From NCBI GenBank assembly GCA_963664815.2, contig CAXXHB010000003.1, positions 224,001-288,000 of the forward strand: a DNA stretch of 64,000 nt, given 5' to 3'. The notes below the pieces were generated by a model. It did not search any database, was not told where the DNA came from, and saw only the letters and a program-made list of their open reading frames with translations. Shown here piece by piece: positions 40,686 through 50,796 of the stretch; position 1 is the first letter of the stretch, and each line of letters starts with the position of its first letter. This stretch comes from Spirochaetota bacterium. GTDB taxonomy: Bacteria; Spirochaetota; UBA4802; UBA5550. The translations under genes were made by a program, and so were the position numbers.

Positions 40686-41468
40686 TCATTTAACAGTACC
40701 CGCATAGTCAATAAGCGGCTGCAATCCATCAAGATATCCTGAATGGGAAAAGACTATATTTCTGATTTCGTTTTTACGGGGAATCAGTTTCCACGCCAGA
40801 GCTTTCAGAGATCTGTTCTGCTGCTCAACATCCGAACTGAAAATCCATACAGCATGTTTAAACTTCCCGTCAGAGGACGAAAGAGCCGCATCACCCAGAA
40901 ACAATGTACCTGATACAAGATAAGCCGCACCCCCCTCTGTATGGCCGGGAATGGAAAAAACCTCAACTTTCAGCAGACCCAGACTTATTGTTTCGCCATC
41001 TTTCAGTATGCCTGTAACTTTTAAACCTGTAGGCTTTGGTGAAAATATGCGCCCCATGGGCGAATGGCTGTTTTTCATCCCTTCGGCGATTTCAACCTCT
41101 TCTCTGGTAGAATAAACTTCTGCCCGGGTAAAAACTTTTGCAGCCGCAATATGATCGGGATGTCCATGTGTCAGAAAAATAGCTTTAACGTCTGAAGGTT
41201 TAAATCCTCTTGATGCAAGCGCGTCAATTACAGGTTTACCATCGGGGGAATTTCCGGCATCTATTAGTCCAATTTCATGGTTTCCTCCATCAATGATAAA
41301 CACCTGGCTCATTCCGTCGATTACATTAAATATTTTTCCTTTGGCATATTCTGTGTTTGGCTGAATTTTTTTTGTACCAAGAAACGGTAAGACAAACAGA
41401 AAGAATACTGTAAAAGTTATAACAAGAAACAGAACTGCTGTTGCAATAATAATCTTTTTAAAATTCAT
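40686..41468 (-). CDS. Membrane-anchored MBL-fold metallo-hydrolase
   Basis: LIDAG, THGHPDH, PGHT, LGDA, FSHSG. Start refined to MNFKK after AGGAGG (the ORF track starts at 41537). Confidence 0.88.
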   Translation of the reverse strand: MNFKKIIIATAVLFLVITFTVFFLFVLPFLGTKKIQPNTEYAKGKIFNVIDGMSQVFIIDGGNHEIGLIDAGNSPDGKPVIDALASRGFKPSDVKAIFLTHGHPDHIAAAKVFTRAEVYSTREEVEIAEGMKNSHSPMGRIFSPKPTGLKVTGILKDGETISLGLLKVEVFSIPGHTEGGAAYLVSGTLFLGDAALSSSDGKFKHAVWIFSSDVEQQNRSLKALAWKLIPRKNEIRNIVFSHSGYLDGLQPLIDYAGTVK

Positions 41469-41584
41469 AAGCTTCCTCCTGAAGTGCAATATTTTAAGGT
41501 TGTACTGATTTATGTTTATTAACAGCATATAAAACAATTACATGATCAAGCCATTCTTTAGTAAAAGAGTCCGATATTTATAAA

Positions 41585-42247
41585 TCAGCATAAAACTGAA
41601 AGCGCTATAAGAAACTGACCTGGCGCGTAGAAGAACCATACATAGAGAGTTGTAAATTTATAATATTTTACAAATTGAGTCCACCCGAGGATGGCATCAG
41701 AGATATAGAATAAAATAGCCCCTCCAGCCCTGAGTAAAGTAACCTGATTCCCGTTTTGCAGTACACCGTTAAGCGAGAAAAAAACTGTAAGCGAAAGGGT
41801 AGTGACATATATGATTACAGGTGCCATCATTGTGCCGAGGTTCCCCGCTTTGTGGAATTTATAAACAAGAAAAGCCATAATAGACAGAAGAATAACTCCG
41901 GTCAGGATATCGCTCCACAGAAACCGGTATCCTTCAGAAAATACAATTATATACAGAATGTGTGTTCCAAGAAAGAATATCAGTCCGTGAGCAAATAAAT
42001 TCTTATCTTCTATCATTAGTACTGCATCCGCAATAAGGGAAAGGCCAAGTGCCGCCAGAAGCATCCATACCTTACCGGTGCAATTCCTGTAAATCCCGGC
42101 TGCCGCAATTCCGCAGATAAAATATGTTATGAGAGGTGTGGTTATAAGGCGTATAAATTTTTTTTTAAAAATAACAGAAACTTGCCTGATAGTGAAAACA
42201 ATAGTAAGGCAGCATATTAAAATTATGGCTGATTGAGGTATATTCAT
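41585..42247 (-). CDS. YhhN-like (lysoplasmalogenase family) membrane protein
   Basis: SLIADAVL, GLIFFLGTHILYI, GAILFYISDAIL, YAPGQFLIA. Confidence 0.85.
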   Translation of the reverse strand: MNIPQSAIILICCLTIVFTIRQVSVIFKKKFIRLITTPLITYFICGIAAAGIYRNCTGKVWMLLAALGLSLIADAVLMIEDKNLFAHGLIFFLGTHILYIIVFSEGYRFLWSDILTGVILLSIMAFLVYKFHKAGNLGTMMAPVIIYVTTLSLTVFFSLNGVLQNGNQVTLLRAGGAILFYISDAILGWTQFVKYYKFTTLYVWFFYAPGQFLIALSVLC

Positions 42248-42271
42248 ATTTTAATCCTCATTTTTTATATT

Positions 42272-42300
42272 ATTATATTATGCCGATATATTGCTGTCAA
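42272..42300 (-). promoter_or_regulatory. Consensus sigma70 promoter for the YhhN-like gene
   Basis: Perfect TTGACA-17 nt-TATAAT on the minus strand, followed by a GAGGA RBS. Confidence 0.8.
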
Positions 42301-42483
42301 TGGAGTTTCGAGACTATACCCTTATTATAGTAATTTTATTTCAGAAAGTATTCTTAAATTCTTCAGTTTTATTTCTGTTTGCTGCTTTAATTTAACGAAA
42401 TTTAAATACTTGACGTATGCTAACCCTGCCTGCACTTATTATATAGTAGTTTAAAATTGTAAACTTTGGATTGATTATTTGCT

Positions 42484-42660
42484 ATGACAATAGACGAATG
42501 TAAGAAATGTAATTATCACAGAAACTATGTGAATGGCGCTGTTCATTGTGGATTTGATAAAAATATAGTAAGCATGGCTGCAGTATTAAATCCAAAACTT
42601 AAAGAGTATGTTTTACTTTCATGCCCAAAAGAAAAAATTAAAAAAAGTAGCGGTATTTAA
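42484..42660 (+). CDS. 58-aa Cys-rich microprotein (not in the ORF track)
   Basis: MTIDECKKCNYHRNYVNGAVHCGFDKNIVSMAAVLNPKLKEYVLLSCPKEKIKKSSGI, with CxxC...HC...CP spacing; no clear SD. Confidence 0.6.
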   Translation: MTIDECKKCNYHRNYVNGAVHCGFDKNIVSMAAVLNPKLKEYVLLSCPKEKIKKSSGI

Positions 42661-42967
42661 TAACCATATAACCTGAATCGTACTATCCATCTCAATCTTC
42701 TAATACAATTCACTTTTTGGAAAATCATTTAAATTTCAGTTGGACAGGGCTAGAGGTAAATTCAGATCACCTGAAATAGCAAAAAAAATAATTAGAAAAA
42801 AAGTATATTAATTTGTTTTGTCCTCAGATCATTCAGAGAAAGTTCCATTCACTTTATCATAATAAAAGTTCACCATAAAAAATGTTGACTTTCAGTTATT
42901 TATAATGTCATTTTTAATCACCAGATATAGCCATTTAAAAAATATATTTTAAGCAGGTAAAATTAAA

Positions 42968-43312
42968 ATGATAACTATTCCGAAATTTAAATTTTATATT
43001 TTTGCATTAATAATTGAGTGGATTTTATTTTTTTTTATTGGTATGAATTTAATCAGTCGCCGAATGGACTTTATATTTCTTTTCTTTATGTTAGCTTATC
43101 CGGTATTTTTCATTGCAGGATATAAAACCTTGACACAAATCACAATTGATAAAATGAAAATTATATTAGCACCGAAATTTGAGAAGTTTATTACTGATAA
43201 ACTTAAAATTAACATTATCAAAACTGAATCGGAAAAAGAAGAACGCTTTGCTGAGGCTTTTTTTATACTGACTTTTTTTCTTTTTATAGTTGGTTTTTTA
43301 ATGGCATTATAA
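42968..43312 (+). CDS. Small hypothetical membrane protein (3 TM)
   Basis: 114-aa very AT-rich ORF with three hydrophobic segments. Confidence 0.55.
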   Translation: MITIPKFKFYIFALIIEWILFFFIGMNLISRRMDFIFLFFMLAYPVFFIAGYKTLTQITIDKMKIILAPKFEKFITDKLKINIIKTESEKEERFAEAFFILTFFLFIVGFLMAL

Positions 43313-43658
43313 TTGTTACTAATTATCTCAGCTATACTCTAAAATTTTATATTTCCTTGTTTCAGTGTCCTTAAAAAAGAAGGTTAAAATTTAAAATATC
43401 TCTATGTTAAGAAAAACATGGATGGTCAGTTTCCTGATTATATACAGGGAACAATAGAACCTCAATGAGACTTCTTTCCAACAAATACACCTCACTTTAG
43501 CGGTAAAGAATTTCCGTTTTTTCAGGCTACAATGGCAGCTATCGGTCTATCTTTTTTAAAGCAGAATTCCACGTTGATTTTTCCCGGTTAATGAATTTAT
43601 ACTAAACACTCTAAAAACTGATATAAATAACTTGACATGAATAGCGTTTCTTTATTGT

Positions 43659-43690
43659 ATAACTATATAAGGATATATTGATATAGTTAT
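43659..43690. promoter_or_regulatory. Putative SahR operator overlapping the sahR start
   Basis: ATAACTATAT-N12-ATATAGTTAT with perfect 10-bp arms; core ATATAAGGATATATTGATAT; TTGACA at 43632. Confidence 0.7.
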
Positions 43691-44606
43691 GGCGACTGTT
43701 AATTATTTTAAAGCTCTTTCCGACGAGACCAGGCTCAGAATTTTAAACATGCTGAGTAAAAAAGAGCTTAATGTAAATGAAATTGTGTACATACTTAAAA
43801 TGGGCCAGTCGAGAGTTTCAAGGCATCTGAAAATACTTTCCGACTCTTCACTTATTTCCTCAAGGAAAGACGGATTATGGGTATTCTACAAAGCCTGTGA
43901 CAGTGATTTTCCAGGTGATCTGATAAGGCTTATTAAAATCCCTTTGAAAGATGAAGAACAGTTTTCATTGGATATTATCCATCTTGATAAGTATATTAAA
44001 GAACGCGGTGAAAAAGGAAAAGAATATTTTAACAGAATCGCCTCTGACTGGAAAAAAATAAGAGGTGAGATCCTGGGTGAACTGAACCTTAATTCAGAAA
44101 TAGCAAAAACTGCCGGGAAATGCAGTTGTGCCGCTGATCTCGGATGCGGTAACGGTGAACTGGTGAAACTGCTGCTTTCAAAATGTGAAAAGGTTATTGG
44201 GGTAGACCATTCGCCGGCGATGCTTGATGAAGCCGGAAGATACCTCAATTCCATCGGGATATCAGCGCCTGATCTCAGACTCGGAGAACTTGCCCATCTG
44301 CCGGTGCGGGATGGTGAAACTGATTGTGCGGTGATAAACATGGTGCTTCATTATCTTGATGATCCATTAACTGCAATTGAGGAGGCGTACAGAATAATCG
44401 AAAGCAGTGGGAAGCTTGTTGTAGCAGAGCTTGAAAGTCATGGAGATGAGTCTTTAAGAAGCATCTACGGACACAGGTGGCTCGGTTTTTCTCCGGAGAC
44501 TGTTAAGGAGTGGCTTAGCCGCAGCGGCTTTATTTATAAAAGATCCAGAAGTTTTCATGCAGCAATGGGGCTTGTTGTCAGAATATATGTTTCAGAAAAA
44601 AAATGA
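43689..44606 (+). CDS. sahR: SahR-type regulator (ArsR HTH plus SAM-binding methyltransferase-like domain)
   Basis: FKALSDETRLRIL...QSRVSRHLKIL HTH, ADLGCGNG motif I, NMVLHY, HRWLGF; directly upstream of ahcY. Confidence 0.85.
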   Translation: MATVNYFKALSDETRLRILNMLSKKELNVNEIVYILKMGQSRVSRHLKILSDSSLISSRKDGLWVFYKACDSDFPGDLIRLIKIPLKDEEQFSLDIIHLDKYIKERGEKGKEYFNRIASDWKKIRGEILGELNLNSEIAKTAGKCSCAADLGCGNGELVKLLLSKCEKVIGVDHSPAMLDEAGRYLNSIGISAPDLRLGELAHLPVRDGETDCAVINMVLHYLDDPLTAIEEAYRIIESSGKLVVAELESHGDESLRSIYGHRWLGFSPETVKEWLSRSGFIYKRSRSFHAAMGLVVRIYVSEKK

Positions 44607-44738
44607 TATTTTCCATTATCTCCGAAGATGGCAAATTGGAAATTCATGTTTCAAATGGAGATAAGGCTGTAACAGAATGTTTAGTTAAAAAGTCTTCATG
44701 ATTAACGGGAGAGGACAGAAATTATAACAAGGAGAAAA

Positions 44739-46187
44739 ATGATGAGCATTAAAATGTCAAACGAAGATCTTAAAAATCTTGATTCAAAATTGCCGTATAA
44801 AGTTGCGGATATAAGCCTGGCTGACTGGGGAAGAAAGGAGATAGAACTTGCCGAGGTGGAAATGCCCGGACTCATGTCTGTGAGGGAAAAATACGGGAAG
44901 ACCAAGCCTCTTAAGGGGCTGAAAGTTGGCGGCAGTCTTCATATGACAATACAAACGGCGGTTCTTATTGAAACTCTGTCAGCTCTGGGTGCTGAAGTAA
45001 GATGGGCATCATGCAATATTTTTTCAACGCAGGATCATGCGGCGGCAGCAATTGCTAAAACAGGAAAAACTGCTGTTTTTGCATGGAAGGGAGAATCACT
45101 TGAAGAGTACTGGTGGTGTACAGAGATGGCGCTGACATGGCCGGATGGAAGCGGCCCGGATCTGCTTGTAGATGACGGAGGGGACGCTACACTCTTTATT
45201 CATTACTGCCATAAGGCCGAAAGAGATGTGAAGTTTCTTGATCAGAAGGTTGATCATAAGGAGATGCAGATAATTCTGGATCGTATTAAAGAATGCGTTA
45301 AAAAACATCCTGTTAGATGGACTGAAAATGTTAAGAAAATACGCGGTGTGTCAGAGGAGACAACAACCGGTGTTCATAGATTATACCAGATGGAGAAAAA
45401 CGGCGAGCTTCTTTTTCCTGCGATAAATGTTAACGATTCTGTTACAAAGTCTAAATTTGACAACCTTTACGGATGCCGTGAGTCTTTGGCTGACGGGATT
45501 AAGAGAGCCACAGATATAATGGTTGCCGGAAAAATCGTAGTTGTTTGTGGATACGGCGATGTCGGAAAGGGATGTGCCCAGTCCATGAAATGGTTTGGCG
45601 CCCGGGTTCTTGTCACAGAGATTGATCCAATCTGCGCCCTCCAGGCTGCTATGGAGGGTTATGAGGTGACTACAATGGAAAAGGGGGCTCCTGTCGGTGA
45701 TATCTTTGTTACAACAACAGGTAATAAAGATGTTATAACAGGGACACATATGGAGAAAATGAAAGATAATGCAATTGTCTGCAATATCGGTCACTTTGAC
45801 AGTGAAATCGCGATGCATTATCTTGAATCAAATAAAAACTGTAAAAAGGTTACAATCAAACCGCAGGTTGACAGGTGGACTCTGGAGTCGGGAAGATCAA
45901 TTATTGTACTGGCAGAAGGAAGACTGGTGAACCTGGGATGTGCTACAGGACACCCCAGCTTTGTAATGAGCAATAGTTTCACTAATCAGACTCTTGCGCA
46001 GATTGAACTTGCCGGTAAAAAGCATGAAAACAAAGTATTTACCCTGCCGAAAATACTGGATGAAGAAGTTGCAAGGCTTCATCTTGAAAAGCTTGGTGTT
46101 AAGCTAACCAGGCTTACAAAAGAACAGGCTGTATATATAGATGTCCCGGTAAACGGCCCATATAAACCGGATCATTACAGGTACTAG
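44739..46187 (+). CDS. ahcY: Adenosylhomocysteinase
   Basis: [56 protein letters not shown]-terminal HYRY. Confidence 0.98.
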   Translation: MMSIKMSNEDLKNLDSKLPYKVADISLADWGRKEIELAEVEMPGLMSVREKYGKTKPLKGLKVGGSLHMTIQTAVLIETLSALGAEVRWASCNIFSTQDHAAAAIAKTGKTAVFAWKGESLEEYWWCTEMALTWPDGSGPDLLVDDGGDATLFIHYCHKAERDVKFLDQKVDHKEMQIILDRIKECVKKHPVRWTENVKKIRGVSEETTTGVHRLYQMEKNGELLFPAINVNDSVTKSKFDNLYGCRESLADGIKRATDIMVAGKIVVVCGYGDVGKGCAQSMKWFGARVLVTEIDPICALQAAMEGYEVTTMEKGAPVGDIFVTTTGNKDVITGTHMEKMKDNAIVCNIGHFDSEIAMHYLESNKNCKKVTIKPQVDRWTLESGRSIIVLAEGRLVNLGCATGHPSFVMSNSFTNQTLAQIELAGKKHENKVFTLPKILDEEVARLHLEKLGVKLTRLTKEQAVYIDVPVNGPYKPDHYRY

Positions 46188-46230
46188 GACTGAGATCTGA
46201 TCAGGGAAAAATCTTAACAATTCAGCTGTG

Positions 46231-46280
46231 CTCCCCGGAGGTGGTCTTAATATGAAATTTAAGAACCCATATCCGGGGAG
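46231..46280. terminator. Long hairpin between convergent genes
   Basis: CTCCCCGGA...TCCGGGGAG outer stem with inner TCTTAA/TTAAGA. Confidence 0.55.
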
Positions 46281-46288
46281 ATTTAACT

Positions 46289-46837
46289 TCAGTAAAACTT
46301 CACCTCTTTATCAGCTATAAAAAGCTTTGAAATAGCGCTTTCACCATTTTCAGAGATTGAAACTTCAACAGAAACATTCTTCAGATTCTCTTCAATTATT
46401 TTTCCCTCTTTTTGAGGAACAAAATAGCTTTCAACTCCATATTTTACCTGCAATGTGTTTCCTGCGTTTTCAACTCTCCCTTTTATTACCAGTGGATAGA
46501 TTTTTTTAAGTTCGTCAATATTTTCCGAAACAGCTGCTGCTGTATAAAACCTGCTGTCGGGTCTGGTTTTAAGAGCTACAAAAATTTCTTTTTTTTCAAG
46601 GATGCCGGTATTTTTAATATTTGATTTGGTAATTATATCTTCGGTTATCATAGAAATGTCATAGTTCAGAATTACATAATCCCCGCTGAATAGAGATCGT
46701 GGATCAATGGGCTGGCATTTTAAAAGAACTTTGTTCCCATGGGCAAGGAGAATCTCCTGTTTTGAAATCATGAACCCGAGAACTGCTAACTGAGCAGCTA
46801 CAATTAAAGGGAATAAAATTTTCTGGTATGTTTTCAT
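46289..46837 (-). CDS. GDYXXLXY domain membrane-anchored protein
   Basis: PIDPRSLFSGDYVILNY, YGVESYFVPQ. Confidence 0.9.
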   Translation of the reverse strand: MKTYQKILFPLIVAAQLAVLGFMISKQEILLAHGNKVLLKCQPIDPRSLFSGDYVILNYDISMITEDIITKSNIKNTGILEKKEIFVALKTRPDSRFYTAAAVSENIDELKKIYPLVIKGRVENAGNTLQVKYGVESYFVPQKEGKIIEENLKNVSVEVSISENGESAISKLFIADKEVKFY

Positions 46838-49242
46838 CTGTTTGCCTCCCCGTGACCTGCTGTATTATCTGAAGCAGTTTCAATAACCTCTGTGAGATCT
46901 TTGCGTTTTTTCTCCAGAATATAACCCCCTGCCAGTCCAATTATTCCCGTAGTAATGAAGAGAAGCGATCCGGAAAACATATCCCAGAAGAGATCGAAGT
47001 ACCGTGTGAATACATGAAGAATAATTCCACCTGTAGCAAAGTTAAGTATTATTTTGGACTGGATTATTGAGCTGTAGTACATGTAAACTGCGGATGTTAT
47101 TAAGAGCAGCAGGTTAAATGTCACAGAATAAATTTCCCAGGGGACATCTGGTCCTGCGGTGAACAACGTAATTCCTGAAGAGACGAATATTATAAGTGAG
47201 AGGTAAAGTATTATTCTTCTTCCATTTACTTTCCTGAATAAGACAATATATAGTATAACGGACAGAATAACGAATATAAGTGTCATTTTAATAACAATTG
47301 ATTCGGCATTGAAAATTGAGTTCTGTGCTTCAATCCTGAATGATGCAAGATAAATAGTAAGCCATACTCCTGCAGCGCAGACAGCATCAATCACACCTGA
47401 CGGGAAGAAGATCCCCCTGCCGGAGAGAAGTTCGTAGACTAGTCTGTTTAAAAGAAAGCATACAGTTACAAATAGAATGAATCCTGTCAGATATGCAAGC
47501 TTGAACTCCGGATTAAGCGCGGAGTAAGAAATAAATCCTGCGCCTTTTATGATTAATAGGATAGTGGAGAAAAAGAACGCAAAGAATCTTTCGAATGATT
47601 TATCCGCATGAACTGAAAATGAATAATAAAGAAGAATAAAGATGAATCCCGTTGCGGCAAGGTGCAGACTGATCATTCTTGTTGCTGTATGGTTAAACGG
47701 CAGGAAGAAAACCAGTACTGGGAAAAGAATTACCGGAAGAACCAGTTGTATTTTTTCCCGTTTGTTATTAAGAAGAATGAGAAATCCGAAAGATGCAAGA
47801 ACTAGAACAATATATTCCATTGAATGGAATTTTACATCTCCAAAATTCATCAGAAGAGGAAGATCCTGCATGTTAAGCGGCCATGATATAGCGACAAACG
47901 GGATTAGAAATGAAAACCATCCGAAAACTGTAAAAACTCTTCCTGCGCTTTTAATTACCGGGTGTCCGGAGAGATATTTACCCGCTGTAACCAGCAACGC
48001 AGCAAATGGAAACTGGAGCATAATAATCAGATAGAAAACAGTGTTCACCGGTGTATCAACGGGCATCAGTTTTATAGTCGGGATATAGTAATAATATATG
48101 AGCGAACCTGCTGTGAGCGCAATTCCCGTATCGTCCTTCTCTATGTAGAAAAATACGGAAAGTGTCAGCACCGGAATGATATATCCGTACGCAGGGGAAG
48201 ATGATGTTATGCTCCATATGAAAAACAGGATGGCAGAGAGGTAGTATCCTGTTTTGTCATGCGAAATTGCCGAAGCAGCGAGTATAGCGGATGCCCATGT
48301 TATAATGCACCAGGATGTATCATGTTGAAAACTATCTATAATAAAAATCGGAATAAAATATATAATCCATCCGGTGATTGAAAGGATAATCCCGGCGTAA
48401 TTAAGATCGGGTGTTTTTTTTATTTTTTTCCCTGTATTCTGCATCAGGGAACCAATAGCTATGAAACCGGCAATCAGTATATAACCGGCAGGCCCGTCTT
48501 TTGAATAGAGATCTATCCAGTAGAATGAAATCTGTAAGAACCATAAAGCAAAAATGAGTGCCGATGCTGTTATACCCCTCCGGTCCTTTTCACTCCAGCT
48601 CAGCCATCCGAAAAGAAGTAAAGGAAGAAAAAAGAAATAACCTGAATTGCCGAAAAATGAGTACTCCCATATGTCCCATATTATGAAAAGCAGCATTGAA
48701 ATGTAGAGTCCGGATTTCTCACGCATAAGAGCTGAAATAGCAAAAGCGCCGATCCCCCACGCAAGGAGTCCGTTTGTTGGGTGGGAACTAATATGGTAAA
48801 TCTGCGCAACAAGCATAATACCGGTACCGTAGGAGATTATTCCCAGGACGAGAAGTGATTTTCCTACAAGGGAGAATTTTCTCTCCACCTGAAGAAACCA
48901 GTATGAACCACTGTAGAGACCGGTAATCAGAATAAAAATCTGGACAAGTTTAAAAACAGGCGGCATCTTCCGCCAGTTGGAGGCATAAAAGATTATTAAT
49001 CCTATCGCAAGGCAGAGTGTGGCCAGTCCTATGATCATTCTCGATAGATTAATACTTTCCCTGACATGGGAAATTTCAATATTCAGTTCTTTTGTCTCAG
49101 AAATATTTTTCTTCTCAGCCGGAGCAGGTACCCGGTAATACTGTTCAATACGATTCTGCTGTTCGGATGTAATTAACCCAAGATTAACCCAATCCGTTAA
49201 TTCTTTAAAAAGCTGCTGGATAAAGCGGGCGTTTTTTATCAT
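46834..49242 (-). CDS. DUF2157 domain polytopic membrane protein
   Basis: WVNLGLIT, FYASNW, LVAQIYHI, C-terminal RYFDLFWDM; 4-nt overlap with the GDYXXLXY gene. Confidence 0.85.
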   Translation of the reverse strand: MIKNARFIQQLFKELTDWVNLGLITSEQQNRIEQYYRVPAPAEKKNISETKELNIEISHVRESINLSRMIIGLATLCLAIGLIIFYASNWRKMPPVFKLVQIFILITGLYSGSYWFLQVERKFSLVGKSLLVLGIISYGTGIMLVAQIYHISSHPTNGLLAWGIGAFAISALMREKSGLYISMLLFIIWDIWEYSFFGNSGYFFFLPLLLFGWLSWSEKDRRGITASALIFALWFLQISFYWIDLYSKDGPAGYILIAGFIAIGSLMQNTGKKIKKTPDLNYAGIILSITGWIIYFIPIFIIDSFQHDTSWCIITWASAILAASAISHDKTGYYLSAILFFIWSITSSSPAYGYIIPVLTLSVFFYIEKDDTGIALTAGSLIYYYYIPTIKLMPVDTPVNTVFYLIIMLQFPFAALLVTAGKYLSGHPVIKSAGRVFTVFGWFSFLIPFVAISWPLNMQDLPLLMNFGDVKFHSMEYIVLVLASFGFLILLNNKREKIQLVLPVILFPVLVFFLPFNHTATRMISLHLAATGFIFILLYYSFSVHADKSFERFFAFFFSTILLIIKGAGFISYSALNPEFKLAYLTGFILFVTVCFLLNRLVYELLSGRGIFFPSGVIDAVCAAGVWLTIYLASFRIEAQNSIFNAESIVIKMTLIFVILSVILYIVLFRKVNGRRIILYLSLIIFVSSGITLFTAGPDVPWEIYSVTFNLLLLITSAVYMYYSSIIQSKIILNFATGGIILHVFTRYFDLFWDMFSGSLLFITTGIIGLAGGYILEKKRKDLTEVIETASDNTAGHGEANR

Positions 49243-49484
49243 TGATAGTCTGCTCCGGCATTAGTGTTAAGGGATCTTATTATCCCCGGACTTGAAACTA
49301 CTATTATTAGTGCCGGTTTTTTAATAATATGTCAATTAAAAATATATTCAGAGCTCCGGACACTCTTATAATGCAATATCTGATAATGATAAGGTATAAA
49401 GTGAAGCATATCAATATTCCGGAGAGAGCAATGTTATACTAATAATTATTGACAGGTGTGACTGTATAACTATTGTATACCGCT

Positions 49485-50729
49485 ATGGAAATCAAAACAG
49501 CACAGAAAACATCAGTACTGAAAAAACTCCCCATCTTCAACGGACTGTCTGACAGCGATCTTAGTCTTGTTGCCCCTATCCTGAAACTTGTAAGTTTTAA
49601 ATCTGGGGAAGCGGTCATTCATGAAGGTGAAATTGGCGATTCACTGTACATAATACGAAACGGGTCTGTCGAAGTCTGCAAAACTATCGGAGATGGTGAA
49701 GAGGTCAGCCTGGGAGCTTTGCCGGCGGGTTCATATTTCGGGGAGCTTTCACTGTTTGACGAGCATCCGCGTTCTGCAACTGTAAAGACTCTTGAGGATA
49801 CAGATTTTTTCACTCTTTCTCGTGATGATCTCCTTAAGTCGCTTCATGGACATTATGAATTTGAAAGCATACTGTACCGTAACACCATGATGGAGACATT
49901 CAGTCGGTTCAGAAAAGTTACTACAAATTTTACATTTTCACAGCATCACCTCAGATCGCGTAATGAAATAATTAATGAGATTAACAGAGATCTGAAAACG
50001 GCGACCGAGATTCAGGGTTTCTTTATTCGAGCCGAGGATGACGATGAAATAAATTCCCGGTACGGAATAAACCGTTCCTTTGTTTATCTTCCCTCAAAAG
50101 CAATAGGTGGAGATTTCATCAGTATTATAAATGATAAAGATGGGAATATATGCGCGATTATTGCCGATGTGGAGGGACATGGAATTAGCGCGTCTCTTGT
50201 GACCGGTCTTCTTAAAAGCGCTTTTTCATTTCTTGCCGAGGTATATGGGAACAAGCCGGATGTTTTTATGTCACAATTGAACAGGCACCTGTTCAAAATG
50301 CTGAACAGGCTTTATGCAACATGTTACTTCGCTTATATAAATGTTAAAGAAAATACAGTGAGCTTTGCAAAAGCAGGACATCATCACCCGCTGTTCTGGC
50401 GTGAAAGTGAGAAAAGGTTTGAGTCAATAGAAGTTCCTGGTCCGCTTCTTGGCCTGCTTGAAGAGGCGGAATTCGGCGTAGAAACGTACATTCTGAGTCC
50501 GGGTGATAAAATTCTTTTTTTTACCGATGGTATAATTGAGGAGAAGAACAGCGATTCCATAATGTTCGGGGTTGATCAGCTTAAAAAATATTTCAGGGAA
50601 GCTATATCAAAAAAAACGGATCCCATAATTGATCATCTGATTGTTGAACTTAACAGTTTTACACAGAAAGATACTTATGATGACGATATAACAATTCTCC
50701 TTTATGAATTCGATGAACCGTCATCATAA
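49485..50729 (+). CDS. cNMP-binding SpoIIE/PP2C phosphatase
   Basis: Phosphate-binding cassette FGELSLFDEHPRSATV; GGDF, ADVEGHG, FTDGIIE, DDDITI. ATG 49485 preferred over TTG 49473. Confidence 0.9.
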   Translation: MEIKTAQKTSVLKKLPIFNGLSDSDLSLVAPILKLVSFKSGEAVIHEGEIGDSLYIIRNGSVEVCKTIGDGEEVSLGALPAGSYFGELSLFDEHPRSATVKTLEDTDFFTLSRDDLLKSLHGHYEFESILYRNTMMETFSRFRKVTTNFTFSQHHLRSRNEIINEINRDLKTATEIQGFFIRAEDDDEINSRYGINRSFVYLPSKAIGGDFISIINDKDGNICAIIADVEGHGISASLVTGLLKSAFSFLAEVYGNKPDVFMSQLNRHLFKMLNRLYATCYFAYINVKENTVSFAKAGHHHPLFWRESEKRFESIEVPGPLLGLLEEAEFGVETYILSPGDKILFFTDGIIEEKNSDSIMFGVDQLKKYFREAISKKTDPIIDHLIVELNSFTQKDTYDDDITILLYEFDEPSS

Positions 50730-50796
50730 TTTATTAACTGACTGGAAATAATGGGTGTTGACGAATAAAGATATTGTTTCCCTGATCCGGATTTTT

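Noticed and set aside
43388-43590. Open frame with one in-frame TGA (…GTIEPQ*DFFP…), possible selenoprotein or recoding
   Set aside because: No good start/RBS, no redox motif, no evident SECIS hairpin, and TGA is used as a normal stop elsewhere; at most a gene remnant.
44607-44738. SAH or SAM riboswitch between sahR and ahcY
   Set aside because: Alternative stems exist (TTATCTCC/GGAGATAA and TTTTCCA/TGGAAAA), but the conserved riboswitch cores are absent and SahR already explains regulation.
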